Of a stretch of DNA of 64,000 nucleotides, positions 25,817 through 34,704 are shown piece by piece. Within the stretch, counting starts at the first letter, position 1. Every line of letters begins with the position of its first letter. Below the pieces are notes generated by a model. That model was not told where the DNA came from. It did not search any database and worked only from the letters and a program-made list of their open reading frames with translations. This DNA is from an uncultured Candidatus Saccharibacteria bacterium (GTDB lineage: Bacteria; Patescibacteriota; Minisyncoccia; Minisyncoccales; CAZKCU01): positions 47,240-111,239 of the forward strand of contig CAYSLI010000001.1 in the NCBI GenBank assembly GCA_964431915.1. Reading direction: 5' to 3'. Position numbers and translations under genes: made by a program.

Positions 25817-27064
25817 TTATGATAGCAATTCTTTAAAAAGTTTTAAATAGTCTCTTAAAAGCCTTGGCATTAAAAACTTTTCTCTAACTGTCTCTCTGGC
25901 ATCTTCTCCTAAATTTTTAGCTAGTTGAGGATTTTTAAGAAGCTGAGTAATTCTTTTTGCCGCTTCTTTGGGGCTAGAAACCAAAAATCCGTTTTTCCCG
26001 TCTTTAATCTGAAGTTTTATTCCCTCTCCCTTTCCACCAATAACTGCTTTTTCTTTCCACATCGCCTCGCTTAAGCTAAGACCAAATCCTTCCCTGGTTG
26101 AATTTTGGACAATAACATCAGAGGCAACTTGAATAGCATTGACAAAAACGTGGACTTTTAAACTGCCCAACATTTCCGGCTTAGAAAAGAGAAAGATGTC
26201 AGGGTCTTTTTCTGTTTTCTTTTTAATAAATTTAAAAATTTTCATTGCTTCTGGATCATCTTTGGCTAAGAAAAAACCAACCAAAGCCAGTTGTAAGTCA
26301 GGAATTTTCTTTTTGGCAATTTGATAGGCCTCAATTAGTTCTAAATATCCCTTCCAAGGGTCAAAACGGGAAACCTGGGAAATCAATCGCCGAGAGGAAT
26401 CTATTCCATATCCTTTTAAAATCTCTTTTGAGTAATCCAAATTTAGAGGTTGATTTTTGGGACTCAAAGGATTAATGGCCGGCGGAAAAACTACTGCCCT
26501 TTCTTTAACTTCCTTTTTAACATACTTCTTTGAGCTAAAGACAATTTTTTCATACATTCCAAAAATTCCGGCAAAAAATTTCCAAGTTTCGGGATTTGGA
26601 GACGTTAAATCAATATGTAACCGACAAATCGCCGGATGAAGATGGGGTAAATATAAAATTAAACCGGCTGGTTGAGGGTCGTGTATTACCCAAATATCAG
26701 CTTTCATATTTCGCATTAAAGAGGCACTTCTCTCTATATGCTCTAAATATCTTACCCGATGCCAAAAAGGAATGGAATATTTTTCGCCTTGAAGGGCATT
26801 GTGAATTTTTTTGGTAATCTTAAAAAAATCCTCTCTTGGTGGAACAGTACGCCACTCAGTTCTTATTCCCACTCCTTTCATTAAAGGAACCAGGTTTTTT
26901 AAAATTTCAGCCACCCCACCGCCCCGAGGAGTAGCATTAACGTGAGAAACTTTTAGCCCTTTAGAATATTTAGCCAATTCTCTTATTTCTTCAAAAAGCG
27001 CTTCAGAAATTAATTCTTTATATTCTTCTAATTTTTGAGTTGGAGTTTTAACTAAAGGAAGCAT
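25817..27064 (-). CDS. GT4 glycosyltransferase, trehalose synthase (TreT)-like
   Basis: N-terminal HVNATPRGGGVAEIL motif typical of TreT-type enzymes. C-terminal GT-B EGFGLSxxEAMWK motif. Confidence 0.72.
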   Translation of the reverse strand: MLPLVKTPTQKLEEYKELISEALFEEIRELAKYSKGLKVSHVNATPRGGGVAEILKNLVPLMKGVGIRTEWRTVPPREDFFKITKKIHNALQGEKYSIPFWHRVRYLEHIERSASLMRNMKADIWVIHDPQPAGLILYLPHLHPAICRLHIDLTSPNPETWKFFAGIFGMYEKIVFSSKKYVKKEVKERAVVFPPAINPLSPKNQPLNLDYSKEILKGYGIDSSRRLISQVSRFDPWKGYLELIEAYQIAKKKIPDLQLALVGFFLAKDDPEAMKIFKFIKKKTEKDPDIFLFSKPEMLGSLKVHVFVNAIQVASDVIVQNSTREGFGLSLSEAMWKEKAVIGGKGEGIKLQIKDGKNGFLVSSPKEAAKRITQLLKNPQLAKNLGEDARETVREKFLMPRLLRDYLKLFKELLS

Positions 27065-27542
27065 GTTTTTCTAAAAATTGGTGGGCTTTTTTGAGAGTTT
27101 CTTTGGCGTTTTCAAAAGTTAATTTTTTTATTGCTTTTTCGTAGAGCAACCATTCAAAACCGAGATGTTCAAAAGAAACTTTAATGTCTTCTTCTTCCGT
27201 TTCTGCTAAATAAAAAGTAACAAATTTCAGAATATTTTTTCCTTTAAATTTAAAGAAATATTTTATCCGCTCTTTAAAGCCTTCTAAGAATTCAATGTCT
27301 TTCAATCCAGTTTCCTCTTCCACTTCTCTTCTCACAGTTTCAATTTCCTTTTCCCCCTTTTCAATATGGCCTTTGGGTAAATCCCAATATTCTCTTGCTG
27401 CTTTAGGCGAAGAGGGTAAACCCTCTTCTTTACCCTTCGCTGCGGCTCGGGTAGCTAAAGAAGGATAGTGTAGTAATAAATATTTTATTTTTTTGTCCTC
27501 TCGGCGGAAAATTATAGCTCCGGCTGATTTTTCTAAAGGCAT
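27048..27542 (-). CDS. NUDIX hydrolase carrying an in-frame insertion of repeat element copy D
   Basis: Nudix box GHIEKGEKEIETVRREVEEETGL. The segment ATRAAAKGKEEGLPSSPKA is encoded by the antisense of the repeat element. Confidence 0.85.
   Translation of the reverse strand: MPLEKSAGAIIFRREDKKIKYLLLHYPSLATRAAAKGKEEGLPSSPKAAREYWDLPKGHIEKGEKEIETVRREVEEETGLKDIEFLEGFKERIKYFFKFKGKNILKFVTFYLAETEEEDIKVSFEHLGFEWLLYEKAIKKLTFENAKETLKKAHQFLEKHASFS
27403..27453 (+). repeat. GC-rich hairpin repeat element, copy D (short form), antisense and in frame inside the Nudix gene
   Basis: TTAGGCGAAGAGGGTAAACCCTCTTCTTTACCCTTCGCTGCGGCTCGGGTA. Shares GGCGAAGAGGG..CCCTCTTC and CGCTGCGGCTCGGG with the other copies. 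Confidence 0.85.
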
Positions 27543-27544
27543 AG

Positions 27545-29257
27545 TTATTTGAAAAATTTCAACAATTTCTCAAGTGGTTGGGTGTTAATTATATCTCTTT
27601 TCTCTGCCCAGCCGCGGCGGGCTTGGGCAATTCCAAATTCAATAAATCTCATTTGGTCCCGGTGGTGAGCGTCAGTATTGATTACCATTTTCACTCCAGC
27701 CTCTTTTGCCCGACGAATATTCTGGTCGTTTAAATCTAATCTTTCCGGACAAGAATTAATTTCAAGAATTACCCCGAATTGCTTGGCTGCTCTTAAGAGC
27801 TTATCAAAATCAATCTGATATTCGTCTCTTCTTTTCAATATTCTTCCAGTCGGATGGGAAATAATTTTAATATAGGGATTTTTCATTGCCTGAATAATTC
27901 TTTCGGTCATTTCCCCCTTTTCCATTTTAAAACTGGAATGAACTCCGGCTATGGCATAATCTAATTTTTTTAATGCCTCGTCTTTAATATCAATTGAACC
28001 GTCATTTAAAATGTTTGTTTCTGCTCCCTGTAAAATTTTGAAATTTTTGAATTTTTGATTTAATTTGTCTATTTTTTTTCTTTGCAAAGCTAATCTTTTT
28101 TCATCCAAGCCATGCTCAATCCTTAAAAATTTAGTATGGTCAGTGATTCCCAAATATTCATGTCCCCTTTTCATCGCAGTTTCGACCATTTCCAAAATCG
28201 AATTATGACCGCCATTCCATTTAGAGTGAGTATGTAAATCTCCTTTAATATCTTCCAGTTCTACTAACTTTGGCAGTTTTCCCTTCAGGGCTACTTTAAT
28301 TTCTCCCTGGTTTTCTCTTAATTCAGGGGGTACCCAAGCCATCCCTAAGACTTTATAAACTTCTTCTTCATTCCTCCCGGCAATCTGTTTCTCCCCCCGG
28401 AAAACTCCATATTCATTCAGTTTTAAGCCTTTAGCTATGGCAATTTTTCTGGTGGCGATATTATGTTCTTTTGAACCAGTAAAATATTGGAGAGCCGAAC
28501 CATAAGATTTAGCTGACACCACTCTAATGTCCATATCAAAACCCTCTTTCATCTTTACCGATGATTTAGTCTTGCCCTTGCCCCAAATTTTAATCACTCT
28601 GGGCAGAGAAACAAAAAAATCCATAACTTTCTCTGGATTTTTGGAAATTACCAAAAAATCGACATCGCCGATGGTTTCTTTCATCCTTCTGACAGAACCC
28701 GCTGGATCAACTTTTTCAACTTCTTTTAGGTTTTTTAATTTTTCATAAACTTCCTTAACAACCGGAAGAATTTCTCCCAAAAGAAACCTTCCCTTACTTC
28801 TCTTTAAAAAAGCTATCCCCTCCAAGATATTTTTTTCAGTTTTTTCCCCAAAACCGAAGAGAGGAGCAATTTTGTGAGTTCTGGCTGCTTTCTCTAAATT
28901 TTTTAAATTTCTAATCCCTAATTTTTGGTATAACACCTTCACCTTTTTTGGGCCCATTCCCTCCACAGCTGCCAATTCTTCGAGATCCAAGGGAGTTTTT
29001 CTCTTAAGTTCCTGGTAATACTTTATCTTCCCCTTTTTTAAATATTCTTCAATTTTTTCAGCAATGTTTTTTCCAACGCTAGGAATTTTTTCTAAAGCCT
29101 GCCTTCCTCCCTCTTCATAAATTTCTTCAACATCTTCCTCCAAGGTTTCCAAAGTCAGGGCTGCTTTCTCATAAGCATAGGGTTTGAAAGCCACTCCTTC
29201 CATCTCAAGATATTGGGCTATCTTATATAATATTTTAGCTATTTCCTGATTTTTCAT
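27545..29257 (-). CDS. polX: DNA polymerase X family protein with C-terminal PHP phosphoesterase domain (PolX)
   Basis: N-terminal HhH/8-kDa and pol-beta nucleotidyltransferase (GSVRRMKETIGDVDFLV). C-terminal PHP (DLHTHSxW...GITDH...NTDAH). Confidence 0.9.
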   Translation of the reverse strand: MKNQEIAKILYKIAQYLEMEGVAFKPYAYEKAALTLETLEEDVEEIYEEGGRQALEKIPSVGKNIAEKIEEYLKKGKIKYYQELKRKTPLDLEELAAVEGMGPKKVKVLYQKLGIRNLKNLEKAARTHKIAPLFGFGEKTEKNILEGIAFLKRSKGRFLLGEILPVVKEVYEKLKNLKEVEKVDPAGSVRRMKETIGDVDFLVISKNPEKVMDFFVSLPRVIKIWGKGKTKSSVKMKEGFDMDIRVVSAKSYGSALQYFTGSKEHNIATRKIAIAKGLKLNEYGVFRGEKQIAGRNEEEVYKVLGMAWVPPELRENQGEIKVALKGKLPKLVELEDIKGDLHTHSKWNGGHNSILEMVETAMKRGHEYLGITDHTKFLRIEHGLDEKRLALQRKKIDKLNQKFKNFKILQGAETNILNDGSIDIKDEALKKLDYAIAGVHSSFKMEKGEMTERIIQAMKNPYIKIISHPTGRILKRRDEYQIDFDKLLRAAKQFGVILEINSCPERLDLNDQNIRRAKEAGVKMVINTDAHHRDQMRFIEFGIAQARRGWAEKRDIINTQPLEKLLKFFK

Positions 29258-29898
29258 TTTTCTTCGCGATGGAAAATGTCTTTAAGAGAAAAATGTATGC
29301 CATGATCAAAAACCCCCTTTATTTGATTTCTTAAACCAAAAAGCAGGGTCACTCCAATTAAACCAAGAATTCCCACTACAACAAGAACTGGAGTAAAACC
29401 AAGCCGGGTTACTGCCCAACCACCAATTGCTCCAGCAGCCCCTGTTCCCAAGCCAAGGGAGGTAGCATTTAAACTCCATTCAGTAGCTTCTCTGCCTTTG
29501 TCAATGTGGCGAGTAAAAATGGCTGTCCAACCACTAAGGCTCATTGCCAAACCTAATCCATGAAATCCTTGTAAAACATAGAGAGATAGGGGAGTTCTAA
29601 TAAAAATAAACCCAAAAGGAATTAAAGCTGTAATAAAAAGTCCGGCTACCAAGCTAAGATAATCATCTTTTTCTGAAGGACAAGTATCTAAAAAAACTCC
29701 AAGGGGAACTCTTAATAAGGACCTTGTAATCCAAAAAATAGCAGAGGCAATACCAACAACAAAAGCATTCCCTCCTTCAATTCTTTCGACAATAAAAATG
29801 GCAAAAATTGGGGTGAGTAATCCCCAACCGGTCCAAAAGGCCAAATCGCTTAATATTAAATATTTTATAACCCGATTGGGTAATAAAGAAATTCTCAT
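29254..29898 (-). CDS. six-TM MFS-like half-size membrane protein
   Basis: 214 aa with 6 hydrophobic helices and an RxxLRVPLGxxLD loop resembling the MFS motif A. Only half the usual MFS length. Confidence 0.45.
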   Translation of the reverse strand: MRISLLPNRVIKYLILSDLAFWTGWGLLTPIFAIFIVERIEGGNAFVVGIASAIFWITRSLLRVPLGVFLDTCPSEKDDYLSLVAGLFITALIPFGFIFIRTPLSLYVLQGFHGLGLAMSLSGWTAIFTRHIDKGREATEWSLNATSLGLGTGAAGAIGGWAVTRLGFTPVLVVVGILGLIGVTLLFGLRNQIKGVFDHGIHFSLKDIFHREEK

Positions 29899-29955
29899 TT
29901 TAAAGAAAGCCCGCCAGGCAAAATCAATAGTAATTTAATAATTTAACCGACAGAC

Positions 29956-30360
29956 TTAAGCATGAATTATTTTTACCAATATTTTTCTTTCTCTCGGCCT
30001 GTTATCAAAGTCAATTAAAACAAGATTCTGCCATTGACCCAAAACTAATTCTCCATTTTCGATTGGAACTGTTAAAAAGGGCCTAATCAAAGCCGATCTA
30101 ATATGAGAGGGAGCATTTTTATCTCCCCAGGTTTTATCATGTCGATAGGACCTATTCGATGGAGAAATTTTTTCTAAAAATTCTTTAAAGTCCTCAATTA
30201 AATTTGGTTCAGCCTCAATTGTAGTTAAACCAACAGTTGAACCGGGAGAAGATATTAAACAGACTCCATCTTTTACTTTGGAATTTTTAACAATTTCTGA
30301 AATTTTATCAGTAATATCAATAATGTCGTTGAAACCTTTGGTACTAATCACAAAACTCAT
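29956..30360 (-). CDS. YjbQ/UPF0047 family protein (secondary thiamine-phosphate synthase type)
   Basis: 134 aa. PSHIRSALIxxxLTVPIxxGxLxLGxWQxLxLIDFD is the family signature. Confidence 0.85.
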   Translation of the reverse strand: MSFVISTKGFNDIIDITDKISEIVKNSKVKDGVCLISSPGSTVGLTTIEAEPNLIEDFKEFLEKISPSNRSYRHDKTWGDKNAPSHIRSALIRPFLTVPIENGELVLGQWQNLVLIDFDNRPRERKILVKIIHA

Positions 30361-30415
30361 ATTATTTTATTCTACCAAAAAATACCTGATTGGCAATTTT
30401 AGAGAATTAGAAAAT

Positions 30416-30449
30416 CGGTAAAAACCTCGGTTCAATTAAGGACCGAGGT
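30416..30449 (-). terminator. rho-independent terminator after the DUF1858 gene
   Basis: 8-bp stem ACCTCGGT/ACCGAGGT, followed on the minus strand by TTTTT. Confidence 0.6.
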
Positions 30450-30523
30450 TATTTATTTACTATCGAATCCCTAGCATCTCTTTACTTAGTTTTATCTTAC
30501 TCTTTTGACTTAAATGGAAAATT

Positions 30524-30733
30524 TCATTTTTTAATTGCTTTATTTAAGTCTTTCAAAAACTTTTTTAGGTCAATCTGATGAAGCTTAACTGCTTCTTCAA
30601 TCGTCTCTGGTATTGCCATCGGGCAACCAACGCAATGGAGTCCATAATCAATAAAAACAAAAACTGTCTTTGGGTATTTTTTGATAACCTCTTCAATAGT
30701 CATTTCTTTTGCAATGACTGCTTTTTTGTTCAT
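30524..30733 (-). CDS. DUF1858-type small redox/disulfide protein (hybrid-cluster-protein-associated family)
   Basis: 69 aa. TIEEVIKKYPxTxxVFxxYGLHCVGCPMAxxETIEEA matches the DUF1858 pattern. Confidence 0.7.
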   Translation of the reverse strand: MNKKAVIAKEMTIEEVIKKYPKTVFVFIDYGLHCVGCPMAIPETIEEAVKLHQIDLKKFLKDLNKAIKK

Positions 30734-30753
30734 ACAAAATTTACAATGACTTC

Positions 30754-31713
30754 TTACCCTTTCAATTTTTTCTTAAATTCTTCCACAATTTCTACTGGAG
30801 CCGGATCAATTTTATATTCTTTTGCCAAATAATAGCTTACCCAATCAGAGAGAATTAAATTTTCGAACACTTTTTCTAAAACATTTTTTTTCTCAAGTTC
30901 AACAAAATCAACTTCAATGCCTCCTTTCTTTAATAGATTGGAGGTCAACTCCATTGCTTTTAAAATCTTTGGATGGTCATTTGAATCTCGAAGTATAATC
31001 ACATGAAAATTTTTGAGATTACTATATCCTACAATCTCTGAATGAATAAGCTCAGGGAAATAGTTCCAAAAAGCCATTATTTTTGAATTTTCATTGAAAT
31101 TTATCTTCCAAATCCGAGCCAAAGATTTAAATTTATTTGAAGCATAGATAAGGGGAATTTTGCCAACTAATTTTTCAGCTAAAATTTTTCCCTGAGTTTC
31201 TAATTCAAGAGGCTTTAGCTTTTCAGCCATTTTTAAAATCTCATCAGAATTATCTTCAATTATTCCAGAATTAGATAAGACTTTAACCAAAGCCCCAAAA
31301 AGATAGCCGATGGCCCAGCGAGGTTGGATTTTGACAGAAGGCAGAGAAACAAAAGGTGTATTATATTTTTTGGCAGACTTTGCAAGTTCCCCTCCAGCAG
31401 TAATAGCTGCTACTTTAAGTTTTCTCTCTTGAGTTTCTTTAAAAGCTGAAATTGTTTCTTTAGTATTTCCAGAAAAAGAAATACAAATTATTAAGCTTTC
31501 TTTAGTTGTTTGAGGAGGAAGGTTGTAGCTGCGATGAATATAGAGAGGTAATTTTAAATCATTAAAAAAAATAACTAAAAGGTTAGCAGGTAAAGCTGAG
31601 CCGCCCATTCCACAAATTATAATATTTTCAAACCTTCCCTCAACCCTAATATCTTTTGCTCTTTCTATTCCTTCTTTAAATTGTTTTGGAAAATCTAAAA
31701 TTATTTTTCTCAT
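30754..31713 (-). CDS. bifunctional phosphoglucose/phosphomannose isomerase (archaeal-type SIS domain PGI/PMI)
   Basis: SIS motif ICGMGGSALPANLL and a second SIS half. About 320 aa, typical of the PGI/PMI family. Confidence 0.82.
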   Translation of the reverse strand: MRKIILDFPKQFKEGIERAKDIRVEGRFENIIICGMGGSALPANLLVIFFNDLKLPLYIHRSYNLPPQTTKESLIICISFSGNTKETISAFKETQERKLKVAAITAGGELAKSAKKYNTPFVSLPSVKIQPRWAIGYLFGALVKVLSNSGIIEDNSDEILKMAEKLKPLELETQGKILAEKLVGKIPLIYASNKFKSLARIWKINFNENSKIMAFWNYFPELIHSEIVGYSNLKNFHVIILRDSNDHPKILKAMELTSNLLKKGGIEVDFVELEKKNVLEKVFENLILSDWVSYYLAKEYKIDPAPVEIVEEFKKKLKG

Positions 31714-31762
31714 ACCCGAGCCACAGGCGTCAGGTGAAGAAGAGTAAACATTCTTCGCCTAA
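31711..31762 (-). repeat. GC-rich hairpin repeat element, copy C (short form), ending on the PGI/PMI start codon
   Basis: Minus strand: TTAGGCGAAGAATGTTTACTCTTCTTCACCTGACGCCTGTGGCTCGGGTATG. Occupies most of the 63-nt intergenic spacer. Confidence 0.8.
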
Positions 31763-31776
31763 CTTTTATTCCCCCT

Positions 31777-32403
31777 TTAATTTTTTTTATGAAATTTTTT
31801 GTCTAAAGCTTTCATAAATTCAAGCAAAGTGGGGTCATCTACTAATTCTTCTATTTGAACCCACCAGGGTTCAATTGCAAATTGTTTATTTTTCTCCCAA
31901 TATTCTAAGGCCTGCAATAAATTTTCTACCCGATCTAATTGGCGAACAAATTTTCCTTCTTTCGTTAAACCTTTTTCATAATCATCCCAAAGGTTTCTTA
32001 TTTCTTTCTTTAAACTCGGGGGTAAGTTTAAAATTAGTTTCTCCAACGCTTTATTTTCTTTTTTGTATTTTTTTTGATAGATTTTTTCTTTTTCTTCTTT
32101 GGAAAATCTTGGCCATTTCTTAGTTATTTCCTTCCATTTGTTTTTATTTTTAAAAGAGACCTTATTATCATAAGGAGTAGTATCTTCAGCATAGACCTCG
32201 CAGAGGTCATGTATTAAAGACATCTTAATAACCTTTTTTATATTAAGTTTCTTTTCTATACCTAAAAGCCAAGACATAATAGCCATTCTAAAGGTATGGG
32301 CAGCAATCGTCTCTGGATTTTTTATTCCTCTTAGCACCCAGCCCTTCCTTGGTGTTCTTTTTAACCTTCCAACTTCAATCAAAAAATTGAGAATATTTTT
32401 CAT
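31777..32403 (-). CDS. HD-domain phosphohydrolase (YfbR-like 5'-deoxynucleotidase family)
   Basis: ETIAAHTFRMAIMSW ... LIHDLCEVYAEDTTPYD (H...HD...D metal ligands). Confidence 0.8.
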   Translation of the reverse strand: MKNILNFLIEVGRLKRTPRKGWVLRGIKNPETIAAHTFRMAIMSWLLGIEKKLNIKKVIKMSLIHDLCEVYAEDTTPYDNKVSFKNKNKWKEITKKWPRFSKEEKEKIYQKKYKKENKALEKLILNLPPSLKKEIRNLWDDYEKGLTKEGKFVRQLDRVENLLQALEYWEKNKQFAIEPWWVQIEELVDDPTLLEFMKALDKKFHKKN

Positions 32404-32435
32404 ACTTCATTCAATTTTACCACAGACTCAACGAA

Positions 32436-32461
32436 TTAAAAAGAGAGGAAAAATCCTCTCT
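32436..32461 (-). terminator. rho-independent terminator after greA
   Basis: 8-bp stem AGAGAGGA/TCCTCTCT, followed on the minus strand by TTTTTAATT. Confidence 0.6.
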
Positions 32462-32488
32462 AAATAATGTGAGATAATTGAAATTGTT

Positions 32489-32965
32489 CTAAGAAATATT
32501 GTATTTTATTTTCTTTATTTTATAAGTTGTCACAACTGGCGAAGATACAATAACCTCATCGCCGACCTTATGACCCAAAAGAATTTTTCCAACCGGGGAT
32601 TCATTAGAAATTTTACCAATAGCAGGATTGGCTTCCAATGTTCCAACGATTTCAAATTCATCGGTTTGACCATCAACTTTAACTATCACCTGAGCCCCTA
32701 AATTAATGATATTTTGTTTTTCTTTTAAGGGAGCTTTAATTAGTTCCGCATTTTTAAAAATGTATTCAAGTTCAGTTATCCTCGTCTCTAGAAAACTTAA
32801 ATCTTCCTGAAAAGAAAGGTATTCAGGATTTAAATCCTCGGAATGCCAAATCTTAGGCATTTCTCCCTTAGTTTTTAAAAATTTGAGAGTTTTGAGGTCT
32901 TTGTATTCTTTCTTTATTTTCTCTAATCCTTCTTTAGTTAAATAAAACTTCTTTTCTTTTGTCAT
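32489..32965 (-). CDS. greA: transcription elongation factor GreA
   Basis: 158 aa. N-terminal coiled coil (LTKEGLEKIKKEYKDL) and C-terminal FKBP-like domain (SNESPVGKILLGHKVGDEV). Confidence 0.9.
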   Translation of the reverse strand: MTKEKKFYLTKEGLEKIKKEYKDLKTLKFLKTKGEMPKIWHSEDLNPEYLSFQEDLSFLETRITELEYIFKNAELIKAPLKEKQNIINLGAQVIVKVDGQTDEFEIVGTLEANPAIGKISNESPVGKILLGHKVGDEVIVSSPVVTTYKIKKIKYNIS

Positions 32966-33212
32966 ATTTTTTTCTTTCGGCTTATAAGAAACAAACTCCC
33001 CCGTTTTTTCGGGGGATTCGAGTTTTTTTATTGTCGAGCTTTATTTATCTAATTAATCTAAGCTTCGAATCCTCCCGAAAAACTTCTTTGGCAAGTGGGG
33101 TGGAATAAACCATAACCCAAACACTGCCAGTTGAAAAACAGGTTTTTCTAATCCTGAGGTGTAAATTTTTTTGATTTCTCGACATAATTTTTTTAAAGCT
33201 CTCTTTGATTTT

Positions 33213-33240
33213 ATTTTACTCACTGGAGATCTCTTGTCAA
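33213..33240 (-). promoter_or_regulatory. candidate sigma70-type promoter for a ~240-nt greA leader
   Basis: Minus strand TTGACA (33240-33235), 16-nt spacer, TAAAAT (33218-33213). Confidence 0.45.
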
Positions 33241-33356
33241 GACCCCTATAACAATTTATTCTATTATATACCAAGAAACTCTGTCAAGCCCCCCTAGGTT
33301 AAAAATTAAAAAATCTAAATATCGTGCTAGAATTAGTAAAGAAGAAAATTTTAATT

Positions 33357-34415
33357 ATGCTAAACCAAAATCTTATTGAAATTGATGGTTCTGTAGGAGA
33401 AGCGGGAGGATCTATATTAAGAGTAGCAACTGCTCTTTCGGCAGTAACTAAAAAACCTTGCCATATTTTTAATATTCGTAAAAATAGACCTAAGCCCGGT
33501 TTAGCAACTCAACATCTTTTAGGCATTCAAGCTTTGGCACAGCTCTGTAATGGAAGGTTGGAAGGTGATAGTTTAGGAAGTGGAGAAATTAAGTTTTACC
33601 CTGGAGATATTTACAGAGAGCGGGTCTCTGTAAATATTTCTACTGCTGGGAGTATAACCTTAGTTTTACAAACTTTAATTCCGCCGGCTTTATTTGCTCT
33701 TTCACCTGTTAAAATTATTTTTACTGGCGGATCAACTGATACTTTTTTCTCGCCTACTATTGATTATTTTCGCTATGTCTTTTTACCAACTTTAGAAAAA
33801 ATGAATTTGGCAGAGAACCGTTCTCTGTTAGTTGAAATCAGTATTTTAAAACGAGGGTATTACCCAGAAGGAGGAGCAAAAGTGGAGATAAAAGTTTTTC
33901 CGTCTAAACTAAAAAATCTTAACCTTACTGAGAGAGGTTCACTTAAAAAAATCTTAGTAAACTCTGGAGCCTCAAATATCTTGAAAGATAAAAAAGTGGC
34001 TGAGCGCCAAATTGCTGGGGTAAGAGAGATCTTAGGGAAATTAAAATTACCCATTGAAGAAAAAATTGAGTATTATCAAACTCAATGCCCAGGCAGTCAA
34101 ATTTGCCTAACAGCTTTATTTAAAAATACAGTAATTGGAACTGATAATTTGGGAAAATTAGCAAAAAGGGCAGAAGATGTAGGCAAAGAAGCAGCTTTGG
34201 AATTATTAAAAGAACAAAAATCCCAGGCTTGTTTAGATAAACATTTAGCTGACCAGGTTCTTCTTTATTTGGCCTTATCTCAAGGTAAGTCCCGAGTAAC
34301 AGTTCCCGAAATTACCAACCATTGTAAAACAAACTTCTGGGTTATTGAGAAATTTCTTGAAGGAAAATTTAAGATTAAAGGAAGCTCAATTTCCTTTTTA
34401 GGTAAAAATTTTTAA
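33357..34415 (+). CDS. rtcA: RNA 3'-terminal phosphate cyclase
   Basis: IEIDGSxGEAGGSILRxAxALSAxTxKPxxIxNIRxxRxKPGLxxQHL signature and the catalytic His context DKHLADQ. ATG 33357 preferred over the GTG 33324 used by the ORF track. Confidence 0.9.
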   Translation: MLNQNLIEIDGSVGEAGGSILRVATALSAVTKKPCHIFNIRKNRPKPGLATQHLLGIQALAQLCNGRLEGDSLGSGEIKFYPGDIYRERVSVNISTAGSITLVLQTLIPPALFALSPVKIIFTGGSTDTFFSPTIDYFRYVFLPTLEKMNLAENRSLLVEISILKRGYYPEGGAKVEIKVFPSKLKNLNLTERGSLKKILVNSGASNILKDKKVAERQIAGVREILGKLKLPIEEKIEYYQTQCPGSQICLTALFKNTVIGTDNLGKLAKRAEDVGKEAALELLKEQKSQACLDKHLADQVLLYLALSQGKSRVTVPEITNHCKTNFWVIEKFLEGKFKIKGSSISFLGKNF

Positions 34416-34451
34416 CAGTAGAGAGGCAACTAAAAATAAATTACTTTTAAC

Positions 34452-34478
34452 AAAAAACCCGCCCTTGGCGGGTTTTTT
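34452..34478. terminator. bidirectional rho-independent terminator (rtcA / convergent zinc-ribbon gene)
   Basis: AAAAAACCCGCC-CTT-GGCGGGTTTTTT. Confidence 0.78.
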
Positions 34479-34497
34479 GTTATCTGAAGAATGAAAA

Positions 34498-34704
34498 CTA
34501 AAATCTCCTTGGTCTCTGCTCTCGAAATTTACGCATACAATCTTGGCAACGAATAGAGTCTAATCTCGCAGGGTCTGGTTTAAAAGGTAGCTCAGTTATT
34601 GGTTTCCCACAATCACGGCATTTAATGTTCATTTTTGAAACATCGAACATCTGACGCTGGAAACCTCCTCCAGAAGGTTTTTCATCGAATTTTTTGAAGG
34701 CCAT
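34498..34704 (-). CDS. small zinc-ribbon protein (CxxC...CxxC), function unknown
   Basis: 68 aa, IKCRDCGKPI...IRCQDCMRKF, basic C-terminus. Own terminator and a long 5' UTR. Confidence 0.6.
   Translation of the reverse strand: MAFKKFDEKPSGGGFQRQMFDVSKMNIKCRDCGKPITELPFKPDPARLDSIRCQDCMRKFREQRPRRF

Noticed and set aside
29254-29898. Calling the 214-aa six-TM MFS-like ORF a pseudogene or truncated transporter
   Set aside because: There is no adjacent second half or frameshift remnant. The ORF is intact and translationally coupled to polX (4-nt overlap). A half-size transporter acting as a homodimer is possible, so it is left as a CDS with low confidence.
33053-33274. 73-aa ORF on the minus strand between greA and rtcA
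   Set aside because: Its start lies upstream of the best promoter for this strand (33240-33213). The sequence is a basic low-complexity peptide with no motif. The region is better explained as a structured greA leader. A real small protein is not fully excluded.
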